From an uncultured Bacteroidales bacterium (GTDB lineage Bacteria > Bacteroidota > Bacteroidia > Bacteroidales > JAIORY01), in assembly GCA_964404485.1 (NCBI GenBank), contig CAYOKJ010000004.1, positions 1 to 53,469 on the forward strand: 53,469 bases of DNA. The letters run 5' to 3'. Under the pieces are notes generated by a model. The model saw only the letters and a list, made by a program, of their open reading frames with translations. It searched no databases and was not told the DNA's origin. This document shows positions 9,003 to 18,419 of this stretch, in pieces; the first letter of the stretch is position 1; every line of letters begins with the position of its first letter. The translations under genes and the position numbers were made by a program.

Positions 9003-9737
9003 ATGAAAAATCATTTTTTACTGATTATTTCTTTATTGATGATTATTTTAAACTCATGTAATAACATGGACAATGAAATAAAAAAAATAGTAGCTTTTGG
9101 AGACTCAACTACATCAGATGAATATATTGTTGAGAATGTTTATTCAAAAAACCTTTCTTTTCTTTTCGCTGATTCTGGTTTAAATATTGAAATTATTAAT
9201 TCAGGGATTTCCGGTAATACTACTGAAGATGCCCTGCTCCGTTTTAATGAAGATGTTCTTGGGCATGAACCAGATCTGGTAATTATTCAATTTGGAATTA
9301 ATGATAGTTATGTTGATAATTTTGGAGGAAATACAAAACCTTTTATTCCTATCTCCAGATATCGCGAAAACCTTGAATATTTTATTAATACTCTTAAAGA
9401 GAAAAATATCAAGATCATTTTAATGACTCCAAATCCTCTCAGATGGACTGATGAATTAAAATTAATTTGTGGGCATGAACCTTTTAATATTAATGATCCA
9501 AAAAGTTTAAATTTCTATGTTGGGAAATTTGCTCAAGTTGTCAGAGATGTCGCCAAAGAACAAGGAATTACTCTCGTAGATATTTATAATATTTTTGAAA
9601 ATTCAGAATCAAACTATAAAGTTAAGGTTTGTGATCTTCTTTTAGATGGTATTCATCCAAATGAAAAAGCACATAAAATAATTGCTGATAGCCTTTTTAA
9701 AACCATCATTGCTTTAAACAAATCAAACACAAAATAA
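9003..9737 (+). CDS. SGNH/GDSL hydrolase lipoprotein (putative carbohydrate esterase)
   Basis: Lipobox LNSC; blocks AFGDSTT, NSGISG, QFGIND, DGIHPN; ATG at 9003 preferred over TTG at 8997. Confidence 0.88.
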   Translation: MKNHFLLIISLLMIILNSCNNMDNEIKKIVAFGDSTTSDEYIVENVYSKNLSFLFADSGLNIEIINSGISGNTTEDALLRFNEDVLGHEPDLVIIQFGINDSYVDNFGGNTKPFIPISRYRENLEYFINTLKEKNIKIILMTPNPLRWTDELKLICGHEPFNINDPKSLNFYVGKFAQVVRDVAKEQGITLVDIYNIFENSESNYKVKVCDLLLDGIHPNEKAHKIIADSLFKTIIALNKSNTK

Positions 9738-10496
9738 ATGGTCGCTAATAATAAAATTGTAATTGAAGTTTGTGCAACATCTCTAGATTCTGCAATTGCA
9801 GCAGAACAAGGAGGTGCAAAAAGAATTGAACTTTGCGATAATATTATTGAAGGAGGAACAACCCCAAGTTCTGGGACAATTCTTTTGGCAAGAAAATATC
9901 TCAAAATAGATCTTTATATTCTTATTAGACCCAGAGGTGGTGATTTCTTTTATAATGATATTGAATTTGAATTGATGAAAGCAGATATCATAATGGCAAA
10001 AAAACTTAAAGCTGATGGTGTAGTGATTGGCATCCTCGACAAAAATGGTTTTGTGGATATGAAAAGAACCGAAGAACTTATTAATCTTGCAAGACCAATG
10101 GGAGTTACTTTTCACCGTGCATTTGATATGTGTGCTGATCCATTTAAAGTTCTTGATCAACTTATTGAATTAAAAATCGACAGACTACTTACTTCTGGTC
10201 AAAAGAATAAAGCAATTCAGGGAGCTCCATTAATTAACAAGCTGATTACCAAAGCAAATAACAAAATTGAAATAATGCCGGGATCAGGAATAAATGTTGA
10301 TAATTTTATTGAGTTAGCAAAAAAAACCGGCGCAAAAAATTTCCACCTTTCAGGCAGAAAAAAAGTACACAGTTTAATGAATTACCAAAACAAAAAGGTA
10401 TTTTTGGATTCTTCAAGTCAAAATGCAGATTTTGAATGGTCGATTACTGATAAAGAAATGATAAAAAAAATCGTTTCAATGATTAATAAAATATAG
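9738..10496 (+). CDS. cutC: CutC family TIM-barrel protein
   Basis: IEVCA, GAKRIELC, EGGTTPS, LIRPRGGDF, TFHRAFD, LLTSGQ, IMPGSGI. Confidence 0.92.
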   Translation: MVANNKIVIEVCATSLDSAIAAEQGGAKRIELCDNIIEGGTTPSSGTILLARKYLKIDLYILIRPRGGDFFYNDIEFELMKADIIMAKKLKADGVVIGILDKNGFVDMKRTEELINLARPMGVTFHRAFDMCADPFKVLDQLIELKIDRLLTSGQKNKAIQGAPLINKLITKANNKIEIMPGSGINVDNFIELAKKTGAKNFHLSGRKKVHSLMNYQNKKVFLDSSSQNADFEWSITDKEMIKKIVSMINKI

Positions 10497-10514
10497 AGAA
10501 TAAACAAGTTAATT

Positions 10515-11798
10515 ATGCCAGAAAAGAATAAAAAAACTAAAAAATTAAATCGTAAAGAATACGTTTTATCAATAACAATAATCGGAATATTATTTTTTAT
10601 CTTCGGATTTGTCACATGGCTAAACGGAATTTTAATTCCTTATTTACAAATTGCATGTGAACTCACAACTTTTCAGGCTTTGTTTGTGACATTTGCTTTT
10701 TATATCTCATATACCGTTATGGCTTTGCCTTCTTCATGGGTATTAAAGAAAACCGGTTTTAAAAATGGTATGATGGTAGGATTACTTGTAATGGCTGTTG
10801 GAACTCTTTTGTTTATTCCTGCCGCGATGTCTCGTACTTATTTTATGTTTTTAGTAGGTTTATTTATTATGGGAACCGGACTTGCAGTTCTTCAAACAGC
10901 ATCTAACCCATATATTACTATTATCGGGCCTATAGAATCTGCAGCAAAAAGAATAAGTATAATGGGGATTTGTAATAAAGTTGCCGGAGCAATTGCACCT
11001 TTAATTCTTGCATATTTTATTTTGAGTGATGGTGATGTCTTTGTTGAAAGTTTGAAAACAATGTCCGATACAGCAAAAACCGCAGCACTTGATAGTCTTG
11101 CTGCAAGAGTAATTATTCCTTACATTGTAATGACTATAATACTTGTTGTTCTTGGTTTGATGATACGTTTTTCTCCATTGCCGGAAATTGATGATGAAGA
11201 TGAAAAATCGATAGATGAAGCTATATCAGCAAAATCAAATATTTTTCAATTCCCACATTTAATTCTCGGTGTACTTGCTTTGTTTCTTTATGTTGGGGTT
11301 GAAGTAATTGCAGGAGACACGATAATACGTTATGGTATCTCACTTGGGATTCCAATAAGTACTGCCAAAATATTCACATCATTAACTCTTGGAGCTATGA
11401 TAATTGGTTATATACTTGGGATTTTCCTTATTCCAAAATTCATTAGCCAACGGACAGCTTTAATAGCATCTGCAGTATTAGGAATTATCTTTTCTCTTGC
11501 CGCAATATATACTCCACCAATGATTTCTGTATCTTTAATTGCATTACTTGGATTAGCTAATGCTTTGGTATGGCCAGCGATTTGGCCACTGGCATTACAT
11601 AATCTTGGAAGATTTATTAAAACCGGTTCAGCCTTATTGATCATGGCTATTGCCGGAGGAGCTATTCTTCCATTAGCCTGGGGTAAACTAGCGGATATTT
11701 ATAACTCACAATTTGCATATTGGGTTATGATTCCATGTTATTTATTTATTTTGTTTTTTGCTGTAAAAGGGTACAAATTAAAATCCTGGAAAAAGTAA
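10515..11798 (+). CDS. Sugar:H+ symporter, MFS FucP/GluP/NagP family
   Basis: About 12 TMs; FFIFGFVTWLN, LQTASNPY, LFLYVGVEV, MAIAGGA. Confidence 0.9.
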   Translation: MPEKNKKTKKLNRKEYVLSITIIGILFFIFGFVTWLNGILIPYLQIACELTTFQALFVTFAFYISYTVMALPSSWVLKKTGFKNGMMVGLLVMAVGTLLFIPAAMSRTYFMFLVGLFIMGTGLAVLQTASNPYITIIGPIESAAKRISIMGICNKVAGAIAPLILAYFILSDGDVFVESLKTMSDTAKTAALDSLAARVIIPYIVMTIILVVLGLMIRFSPLPEIDDEDEKSIDEAISAKSNIFQFPHLILGVLALFLYVGVEVIAGDTIIRYGISLGIPISTAKIFTSLTLGAMIIGYILGIFLIPKFISQRTALIASAVLGIIFSLAAIYTPPMISVSLIALLGLANALVWPAIWPLALHNLGRFIKTGSALLIMAIAGGAILPLAWGKLADIYNSQFAYWVMIPCYLFILFFAVKGYKLKSWKK

Positions 11799-11839
11799 TT
11801 TAGATTTGTGATTTTTTTAAATACAAGAAAATAAAAACA

Positions 11840-12745
11840 ATGAAACCAACATTACTAATTTTAGCTGCAGGACTTGGAAGCAGATATGGCGGAATAAAAC
11901 AAATGGACGGAATTGGCCCCAATGGTGAAACAATTATTGATTACTCTATTTATGATGCAATAAAAGCCGGTTATGGGAAAGTGGTTTTTATTATTAATGA
12001 AAAAATAAAAAAGAATTTTATAGAAATATTTGAAAAGAAATTATCCGGTAAAATTAAAACTGAATATGTTGTTCAGAAAATTTCTAATATTCCTGGTGAG
12101 TATAAAATTAGCTCAAATAGACAAAAACCATGGGGAACTGCACATGCAGTTCTTATGGCTGATTTAAAAATTAACGAACCCTTTTCTGTTATTAATGCTG
12201 ATGACTTTTATGGTTATGAATCTTTTAAAAATGTAGCTGATTATTTATCAAACATAGATTCTGTATATTCTAATGAATATTGCATGGCCGGCTATAAATT
12301 AAATAAAGTCCTTTCGGAGAATGGAAGTGTATCAAGGGGAGTTTGTAAAGTTGATAAAGATGATTATCTTATTGATATAAAAGAAATAACAAATATTGAA
12401 ATAGAGAATTCTGAAATTGGTTATATTAGTAAGTTGAATAATTGGAATTCCTTAACGGGAAATGAAATTATTTCAATGAATTTCTGGGGCTTTACACCTG
12501 CATTTTTTAATTTCTTGAAACAGGATTTTATAACATTTTTAGAAAAAAATTCAGATAAATCAAACGTGGAATTTTTAATTCCTGAGGTTGTCAATAATCT
12601 TACAAAAAATAATCTGGCTTCAACAAAAATGATAAACACAAATGCTGATTGGTTCGGAATTACTTATAAGGAAGACAGACAGTTAGCAGTTAAAAAATTG
12701 AAAAAGTTGATTGAGCTTGGAAAATATCCCGAAAGGCTTTATTAA
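11840..12745 (+). CDS. Sugar-1-phosphate nucleotidyltransferase (NTP_transferase, MurU-like)
   Basis: LAAGLGSRYGGIKQ, KPWGTAHAV, VINADDFYG, SMNFWGF, WFGITYKED. Confidence 0.85.
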   Translation: MKPTLLILAAGLGSRYGGIKQMDGIGPNGETIIDYSIYDAIKAGYGKVVFIINEKIKKNFIEIFEKKLSGKIKTEYVVQKISNIPGEYKISSNRQKPWGTAHAVLMADLKINEPFSVINADDFYGYESFKNVADYLSNIDSVYSNEYCMAGYKLNKVLSENGSVSRGVCKVDKDDYLIDIKEITNIEIENSEIGYISKLNNWNSLTGNEIISMNFWGFTPAFFNFLKQDFITFLEKNSDKSNVEFLIPEVVNNLTKNNLASTKMINTNADWFGITYKEDRQLAVKKLKKLIELGKYPERLY

Positions 12746-12759
12746 AAATAATTGTAATA

Positions 12760-13845
12760 ATGCAACAACATAAACTGGTAGAAATAATTAATAATTTTTT
12801 AATTAATGGAGAATTTGTTAGTTCAAAATCTCATGGCAATGGTCATATAAACGACACATTTTTGATTTCAACAACTTCTGAAAAATATATTTTACAAAAA
12901 ATAAATCACAAAATATTTAAAAATGTTGATAATCTGAATAAAAATATTATCAAGGCTTTAGAGCATTTCAATAAAAAGCAAAAAGAAAATCCGACAATAA
13001 AAAAATTTATAGAACCTGGAATTATTTTTTGTAAAAACGGTGATAATCATTTTAAAGATAAAGAAGGTAATTTTTGGCGATTGATGAATTTTATTCCAGG
13101 TAGTACCTCTATCGAGGTAGCTGAAAACCCAGAAACAGCTTTTGAAGCAGCCAAAGCTTTCGGGTATTTTCAAAATAAAATTATCGACCTTAAGCCTGAT
13201 GATTTTTTTTCGACAATTAAAGATTTTCATAATCTGGAAATGAGGATGAAATCATTTTACAGAGTGCTGGAAAAAAACACAAAAAACCGTAATCAATTTG
13301 CGTCAGAGGAAATCAAATTTGTAAAATCTCATGAATACCTCAACAATAAATTAAAAGAATTGCTCGAATCAAATCAGATACCAATCCGTGTAACTCATAA
13401 CGATACAAAAATCAATAATGTGCTCCTCGATAAAAATACGATGAAAGGAATCAGCGTTATTGATTTGGATACAATTATGCCGGGTACAATTCTTTTTGAT
13501 TTTGGTGATATGGTCAGAACTTTTACTAGTCCTGCTGAAGAGGACGAAAAAAACTTGTCAAAAGTAATTTTAAGATTAGAAATTTTTAAAGCAATGGCAA
13601 AAGGATATTTGTCGCAGCTAAAAGATTCTCTGACTAAAACCGAAATTGATTATTTGGTTTTTGGCGGAAAGCTTATGACTTTTATGATAGGTTTGAGATT
13701 TTTAACTGATTTTTTGGATGGAGATGTATATTTTAAAACTAAGAGGGAAAATCATAATCTTGACAGATGCAAAACTCAATTTAAACTTTTGACAGAGATG
13801 GAAAATATAGACGATGTTTTGCAAAGAATTATTAAAGAGATATAG
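12760..13845 (+). CDS. APH-fold sugar kinase (N-acetylhexosamine 1-kinase/AmgK/MdsC-like)
   Basis: GNGHINDTF, YILQKINH, Brenner motif HNDTKINN, VIDLDT, DFGD. Confidence 0.85.
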   Translation: MQQHKLVEIINNFLINGEFVSSKSHGNGHINDTFLISTTSEKYILQKINHKIFKNVDNLNKNIIKALEHFNKKQKENPTIKKFIEPGIIFCKNGDNHFKDKEGNFWRLMNFIPGSTSIEVAENPETAFEAAKAFGYFQNKIIDLKPDDFFSTIKDFHNLEMRMKSFYRVLEKNTKNRNQFASEEIKFVKSHEYLNNKLKELLESNQIPIRVTHNDTKINNVLLDKNTMKGISVIDLDTIMPGTILFDFGDMVRTFTSPAEEDEKNLSKVILRLEIFKAMAKGYLSQLKDSLTKTEIDYLVFGGKLMTFMIGLRFLTDFLDGDVYFKTKRENHNLDRCKTQFKLLTEMENIDDVLQRIIKEI

Positions 13846-13877
13846 AATTAAATCTAAGAAATATTGAAATGATGAAG

Positions 13878-13930
13878 TAATACCAACTGAACATCCAAAT
13901 TACCGATATATTTCGTTTCTTTTTTCCTTT
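13878..13930 (-). repeat. Copy 2 of the 53-bp dispersed repeat
   Basis: Exact reverse complement of positions 3-55; intergenic between convergent genes. Confidence 0.9.
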
Positions 13931-14066
13931 TTCTACGTTAAATATTATTTCCGTCCGTACGGATGCAAAGAATATTTGCCTTGACAAAGAAAAAAATATT
14001 TCAAAATATTTATCAGCAATTTAGAAATTCAATTGGTATAACCGGATGGATTACTTTCGGTCATTA

Positions 14067-14111
14067 TTCCAAGATTTTATTTTTTATGATTTAAAAAATA
14101 AAATCTTGGAA
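14067..14111. terminator. 20-bp perfect AT-rich inverted repeat between convergent genes (probable bidirectional terminator)
   Basis: ttccaagattttatttttta - tgatt loop - taaaaaataaaatcttggaa, 22 bp beyond the M13 stop. Confidence 0.6.
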
Positions 14112-14133
14112 AATAAATTATAATCTGAGAATT

Positions 14134-16164
14134 TTACCAAATCTTAGCTCGTTTTTCTTCCTCAAGAAAAAGCAAGTTACTTGAGTCAATATCAAATGCT
14201 TCATAGAAATATGGCATATTTACAATTGCTCCATTTACACGTGCAATTCCGGGTGAATGAACATCTTCTTTTAGGCGACGCATTAATTCCTGATCTCTTG
14301 TATTTACTCTCCACAACTGTGCATATGAAATAAAGAATCTTTGAATTTGAGAAAATCCGTCAATATCTTCAACTTCTTTTCCTGCAAGTGTGTTAATTAA
14401 GGCATCATACGAAATATTCAATCCACCCAAATCAGCAATATTTTCACCAAGGGTTAAATTACCATTTACATGAAGAGAATCTAGAACTTTGAAATTGTCG
14501 AAATGTTTGGCTAAAATTGCAGTTCTTTCTTTAAAATTTGCAGCATCTTCATCAGTCCACCAATTAGAAAGATTACCTTCTTTATCATATTTTTGACCTT
14601 GATCATCAAATCCATGTGTCATCTCATGCCCGATAACAACACCGATAGCGCCATAATTTACTGCATTATCTCCATCAAGAAAAAAGAATGGCGGTTGAAG
14701 TATTCCGGCAGGAAAAACAATTTCGTTATACGTCGGAATATAACCTGCATTAACTGTTTGAGGTGGCATAATCCACTCTTCTCTGTCAACCGGCTTACCT
14801 ATTTTAGCAATATTTCTTTTAAACTCAAAATAATTCGAATTTCTGATGTTTGTAATAAACGAGCCGGGCACAATATTAAGAGAAGAATAATCCCTCCATT
14901 GATCGGGATAACCGATTTTTACAGTCATCGCTGCTAGTTTTTCCAGAGCTTTAGCTTTTGTAGCTTTGCTCATCCATTCGGTTTCTCTGATTCGATTTGC
15001 TAAAGAAGATCTCAAATTAGCAACTAAATCTTCCATCCTTTCTTTTGCTTCCGGTGGAAAATGTTTTTGGACAAACAATTTTCCAATTGGTTCTCCAAGT
15101 GATTCGCTTGTTGCGCTAAGAACTCTTTTCCAACGAGGTTTAATTGTTTTTTGTCCGGATAAAAATGTTCCGTAGAAATTAAAATCAGTATTAACAAATT
15201 CAGAGCTTAAATAACTTGCACTTTTGTTAATAAGATTCCATTTTAGATAAGCTTTCCAATCATTAATTGGTACATCAGTCATCATTTTACTTATCTCAAT
15301 AAAAAATTCTGGTTGACGAACAATAATATCACCGGAATCAGAAACATCAATATTTTTGAAATATTTATCCCAATTATAGTCTTTTGAAATATCTTGAAGC
15401 TCAATAAAAGTTTTTTTATTGTATGTTTTTTGAGGATCACGTCTTTCAACTCTTGTCATTGAATGTTTTGCAAGCCTTGTTTCAAGAGTCATTATTGATG
15501 ATGCATTTCTTAAAGCTTCATCTTTAGCCTCATCTGCAAGCACAAGCATTCTTGAAATATGAGCAACATATTCTGTGCAAATCTCAATTGATCTTTTATC
15601 TTTATCGGAATAATACTCCACATCATTTAAACCTAAACCACCCTGGTAAAGATTTGCAATCTCCATTTTACTGTTTTTATCATCAGTTGATGAAAACATA
15701 TGAAACAATGCCGAAATACCGTATTTGTGAAATTCGGAAATAATATTTTGAACATCTTCAATATTTTGAATTTGATCAATCATTTTTAATTCTTTTTCAA
15801 TAGCTTTAATGCCAAGCTTCTCGATTGTGCTTGTGTCCATTCCGGAGCTATAAAAATCCCCAATCTTTTGAGAAATAGTACCTACTGCTGAATTTTCTTT
15901 TGAAACTTCAAGTACTATATTTTTCAGTATTTCGCGGTTAAGTTCAATTAACTCATTAAAAGAACCATATTGGCTATATTCGTCAGGAATAGTATTTTTT
16001 TCTAACCATCCTCCATTAACATATCTGAAAAAATCATCCCCAGGATCTATGTCCTGATTCATATTTTCTAGATTAATTGCTGGTGGTAAAGATTGTTTTT
16101 GATTCATACAACTTGTTATTAAAAATGATATTATTATTAAAAAATATAAAACTTTTATTTTCAT
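14134..16164 (-). CDS. pepO: M13 family (neprilysin/PepO) zinc metalloendopeptidase, lipoprotein
   Basis: Lipobox ITSC; DPGDDFFRYVNGGW, VNAGY, HEMTH zinc motif, GENIAD. Confidence 0.93.
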   Translation of the reverse strand: MKIKVLYFLIIISFLITSCMNQKQSLPPAINLENMNQDIDPGDDFFRYVNGGWLEKNTIPDEYSQYGSFNELIELNREILKNIVLEVSKENSAVGTISQKIGDFYSSGMDTSTIEKLGIKAIEKELKMIDQIQNIEDVQNIISEFHKYGISALFHMFSSTDDKNSKMEIANLYQGGLGLNDVEYYSDKDKRSIEICTEYVAHISRMLVLADEAKDEALRNASSIMTLETRLAKHSMTRVERRDPQKTYNKKTFIELQDISKDYNWDKYFKNIDVSDSGDIIVRQPEFFIEISKMMTDVPINDWKAYLKWNLINKSASYLSSEFVNTDFNFYGTFLSGQKTIKPRWKRVLSATSESLGEPIGKLFVQKHFPPEAKERMEDLVANLRSSLANRIRETEWMSKATKAKALEKLAAMTVKIGYPDQWRDYSSLNIVPGSFITNIRNSNYFEFKRNIAKIGKPVDREEWIMPPQTVNAGYIPTYNEIVFPAGILQPPFFFLDGDNAVNYGAIGVVIGHEMTHGFDDQGQKYDKEGNLSNWWTDEDAANFKERTAILAKHFDNFKVLDSLHVNGNLTLGENIADLGGLNISYDALINTLAGKEVEDIDGFSQIQRFFISYAQLWRVNTRDQELMRRLKEDVHSPGIARVNGAIVNMPYFYEAFDIDSSNLLFLEEEKRAKIW

Positions 16165-16341
16165 GAGATTTAAAATTTGATTAATGAATAATCATATAGT
16201 TTTACAAAAATCATGCTGGTTTTCTTAATTTACAAAAGGTCAGAAGTCTATGAAAAATGATAAATAGTAAGTAAAAAATGTTCAATAAAAAATGTACATT
16301 TAAGAACATTATAAGTACGGTATCGAACACCGTAAGTAAAA

Positions 16342-18081
16342 CTAAAATTCAATTTCAAGATCAAGCTGATCTTTTAAATTTTGAAGTTCAGGGTTTTTCT
16401 TCGCCATTTTTTTAAATTTCTCACTATCTGTATATGCGGAATTATCATCTTCTTTTTGTACAAGAATATGTGATAAATTAATACTGTAATTATTAAGTTC
16501 TTTTTTTAAAAACCCTTGCAGATTAGTAATATTTAGACTATTGCTAATAATAAGTATATTGTCAACTTTAAATTCAATATTAAAGTTTTCTTTTAAAACG
16601 GGATCATACTTTGCTATTGCACTTGAAAAACTTGGATTACTTTCTGCTATTGAGTTTGTAAAATTTTTCCAGGTCTTTATTAATTTTTCCTGAGTAAATA
16701 TGTCAGTTGGTTTTCCCGCCTCATCTATAGAAATTTTAGCTTCCTGCTTCTCTTGTATTTTTCCGTTTTTTTCCGCTGATTGTTTTATTGATATTGAACC
16801 AGGTATCGAATTAATAATCCTTGGTTTTTGAGATTCAGGTGTTTTTTCTTCTTCAGGAATTTCTGCTTCTTTTATTTCTTCTTTTGGGATTTTCGTTTTT
16901 ATTTCAGCAGGTTTTTTTTCTTCTATAATTGTTTTTGCTTTTGGTGGATGAAAATGACTTTTCTTTTGTTCATCTTTTTTTTCATCAATTAAAAATAATG
17001 AACACATTTGCATTAATGCAAGTTCCAGATGAAGCCTTTTATTATTGCTGGTTTTGTAGTTAATATCACAATTATTAACTATTTCAAGAGCTTTTAAAAG
17101 AAATTGCATTGAACAATTATCGGACTGTATCTGATAATCATTTTTTAATTCTTCTCCAACTTCCAAAAGTTTAACTGTGCCCGGATCCTTACAAACAAGC
17201 AGATTTCTTAAATGAGTTCCCAGTCCCAGAAGAAAATGTTGTCCGTCAAAACCATTGTCAATAATATCGTTTAGTATCAATAAAGAATTACTTATATCAT
17301 TATTCAAAATTGCTTTCACTGTTTTGAAATAAAATTCAAAATCAAGAATATTAAGATTTTCAATTACTCCCTGATAAGTGATTTGTTTGCCTGAAAAACT
17401 AACAATTTGATCAAAAATAGAAAGAGCATCACGTAAAGCACCATCAGCTTTCTGAGCAATAATATGAAGGGCTTTTGGTTCAGCTTCAACACCTTCGCTT
17501 TTTGCAATGAATTCTAAATGATTTACAATATCATTGAGAGTAATTCTCTTAAAATCATAAATCTGACATCTTGATAAAATCGTAGGAATTATCTTATGAC
17601 GCTCTGTTGTAGCAAGAATAAATTTTGCATATTCAGGAGGCTCTTCCAAAGTTTTCAGAAATGCATTAAATGCAGAAGCTGAAAGCATGTGAACCTCATC
17701 AATAATGTATATTTTATATTTTCCAACCTGTGGTGGGATGCGTACCTGATCAACAAGATTTCTGATGTCATCAACAGAATTATTCGATGCTGCATCAAGT
17801 TCATGAATATTAAAAGATGCTGAATTATTGAAGGAAACGCATGATTCGCATTTGTTGCAAGCTTCAATATTTTCTGAGAGATTTTCGCAGTTTATTGTTT
17901 TGGCAAGAATTCTGGCACAAGTAGTTTTTCCGATTCCACGAGGTCCGGTAAACAAAAATGCTTGAGCAAGTTGATTGTTTTGAATTGCATTTTTTAATGT
18001 CGAGGTAATTGATTTTTGTCCAACAACTGCATCGAATGTTGCCGGTCGGTATTTTCTTGCTGAAACAATAAAATTCTCCAT
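16342..18081 (-). CDS. dnaX: DNA polymerase III subunit gamma/tau
   Basis: ARKYRP, GPRGIGKT, zinc Cys cluster, IIDEVHML, KTLEEPP, SRC motif; low-complexity linker and C-terminal domain. Confidence 0.97.
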   Translation of the reverse strand: MENFIVSARKYRPATFDAVVGQKSITSTLKNAIQNNQLAQAFLFTGPRGIGKTTCARILAKTINCENLSENIEACNKCESCVSFNNSASFNIHELDAASNNSVDDIRNLVDQVRIPPQVGKYKIYIIDEVHMLSASAFNAFLKTLEEPPEYAKFILATTERHKIIPTILSRCQIYDFKRITLNDIVNHLEFIAKSEGVEAEPKALHIIAQKADGALRDALSIFDQIVSFSGKQITYQGVIENLNILDFEFYFKTVKAILNNDISNSLLILNDIIDNGFDGQHFLLGLGTHLRNLLVCKDPGTVKLLEVGEELKNDYQIQSDNCSMQFLLKALEIVNNCDINYKTSNNKRLHLELALMQMCSLFLIDEKKDEQKKSHFHPPKAKTIIEEKKPAEIKTKIPKEEIKEAEIPEEEKTPESQKPRIINSIPGSISIKQSAEKNGKIQEKQEAKISIDEAGKPTDIFTQEKLIKTWKNFTNSIAESNPSFSSAIAKYDPVLKENFNIEFKVDNILIISNSLNITNLQGFLKKELNNYSINLSHILVQKEDDNSAYTDSEKFKKMAKKNPELQNLKDQLDLEIEF

Positions 18082-18110
18082 ACTTAGATTTGTGTGGTTT
18101 TAAATGAAGT

Positions 18111-18118
18111 CAAAATTA
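18111..18118 (-). promoter_or_regulatory. Candidate -7 element (TAATTTTG) for dnaX
   Basis: Matches TAnnTTTG 30 nt upstream of the ATG. Confidence 0.6.
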
Positions 18119-18384
18119 CTAAACTTTTTGATGTAATTGAAAATAAAAATTATGATTTTGAAACGCCTGGATAAGGTTGTCTCTAAAGGGACTTGAATTG
18201 ATTATATGATTTTTATCAGCAGCAATATCCTGCAATGTTACAACAAGGTAATTCATACGGAATTAATTACTTGCTTTTTTTACTTCTTTGCGTCTTATAA
18301 TATTTGTGGTATTTTATTTTTTATTTTTTCGGAGAAGAGTCTATTTTTCCACATTTCCACATTTCAATATTCCAATATTCCTCT

Positions 18385-18392
18385 TATCTTTG
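18385..18392 (+). promoter_or_regulatory. Candidate -7 element (TATCTTTG) for the Dlt-like operon
   Basis: TATCTTTGC 28 nt upstream of ATG 18420; supports 18420 rather than 18288 as the start. Confidence 0.65.
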
Positions 18393-18419
18393 CCTACTAA
18401 TTATTTTAATAATTTTAAG

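Noticed and set aside
13961-13976. gcatccgtacggacgg resembling group II intron domain V
   Set aside because: The catalytic AGC/CGC triad context and domain VI are missing; no RT gene nearby
18206-18419. ORF 18206-18400 and the 44-codon N-terminal extension 18288-18419; ttccacat and aatattcc tandem duplications
   Set aside because: Low-complexity Phe/Ile-rich translation; a -7 promoter box at 18385 lies inside, so the region is intergenic; the tandem 8-mers are only two copies each
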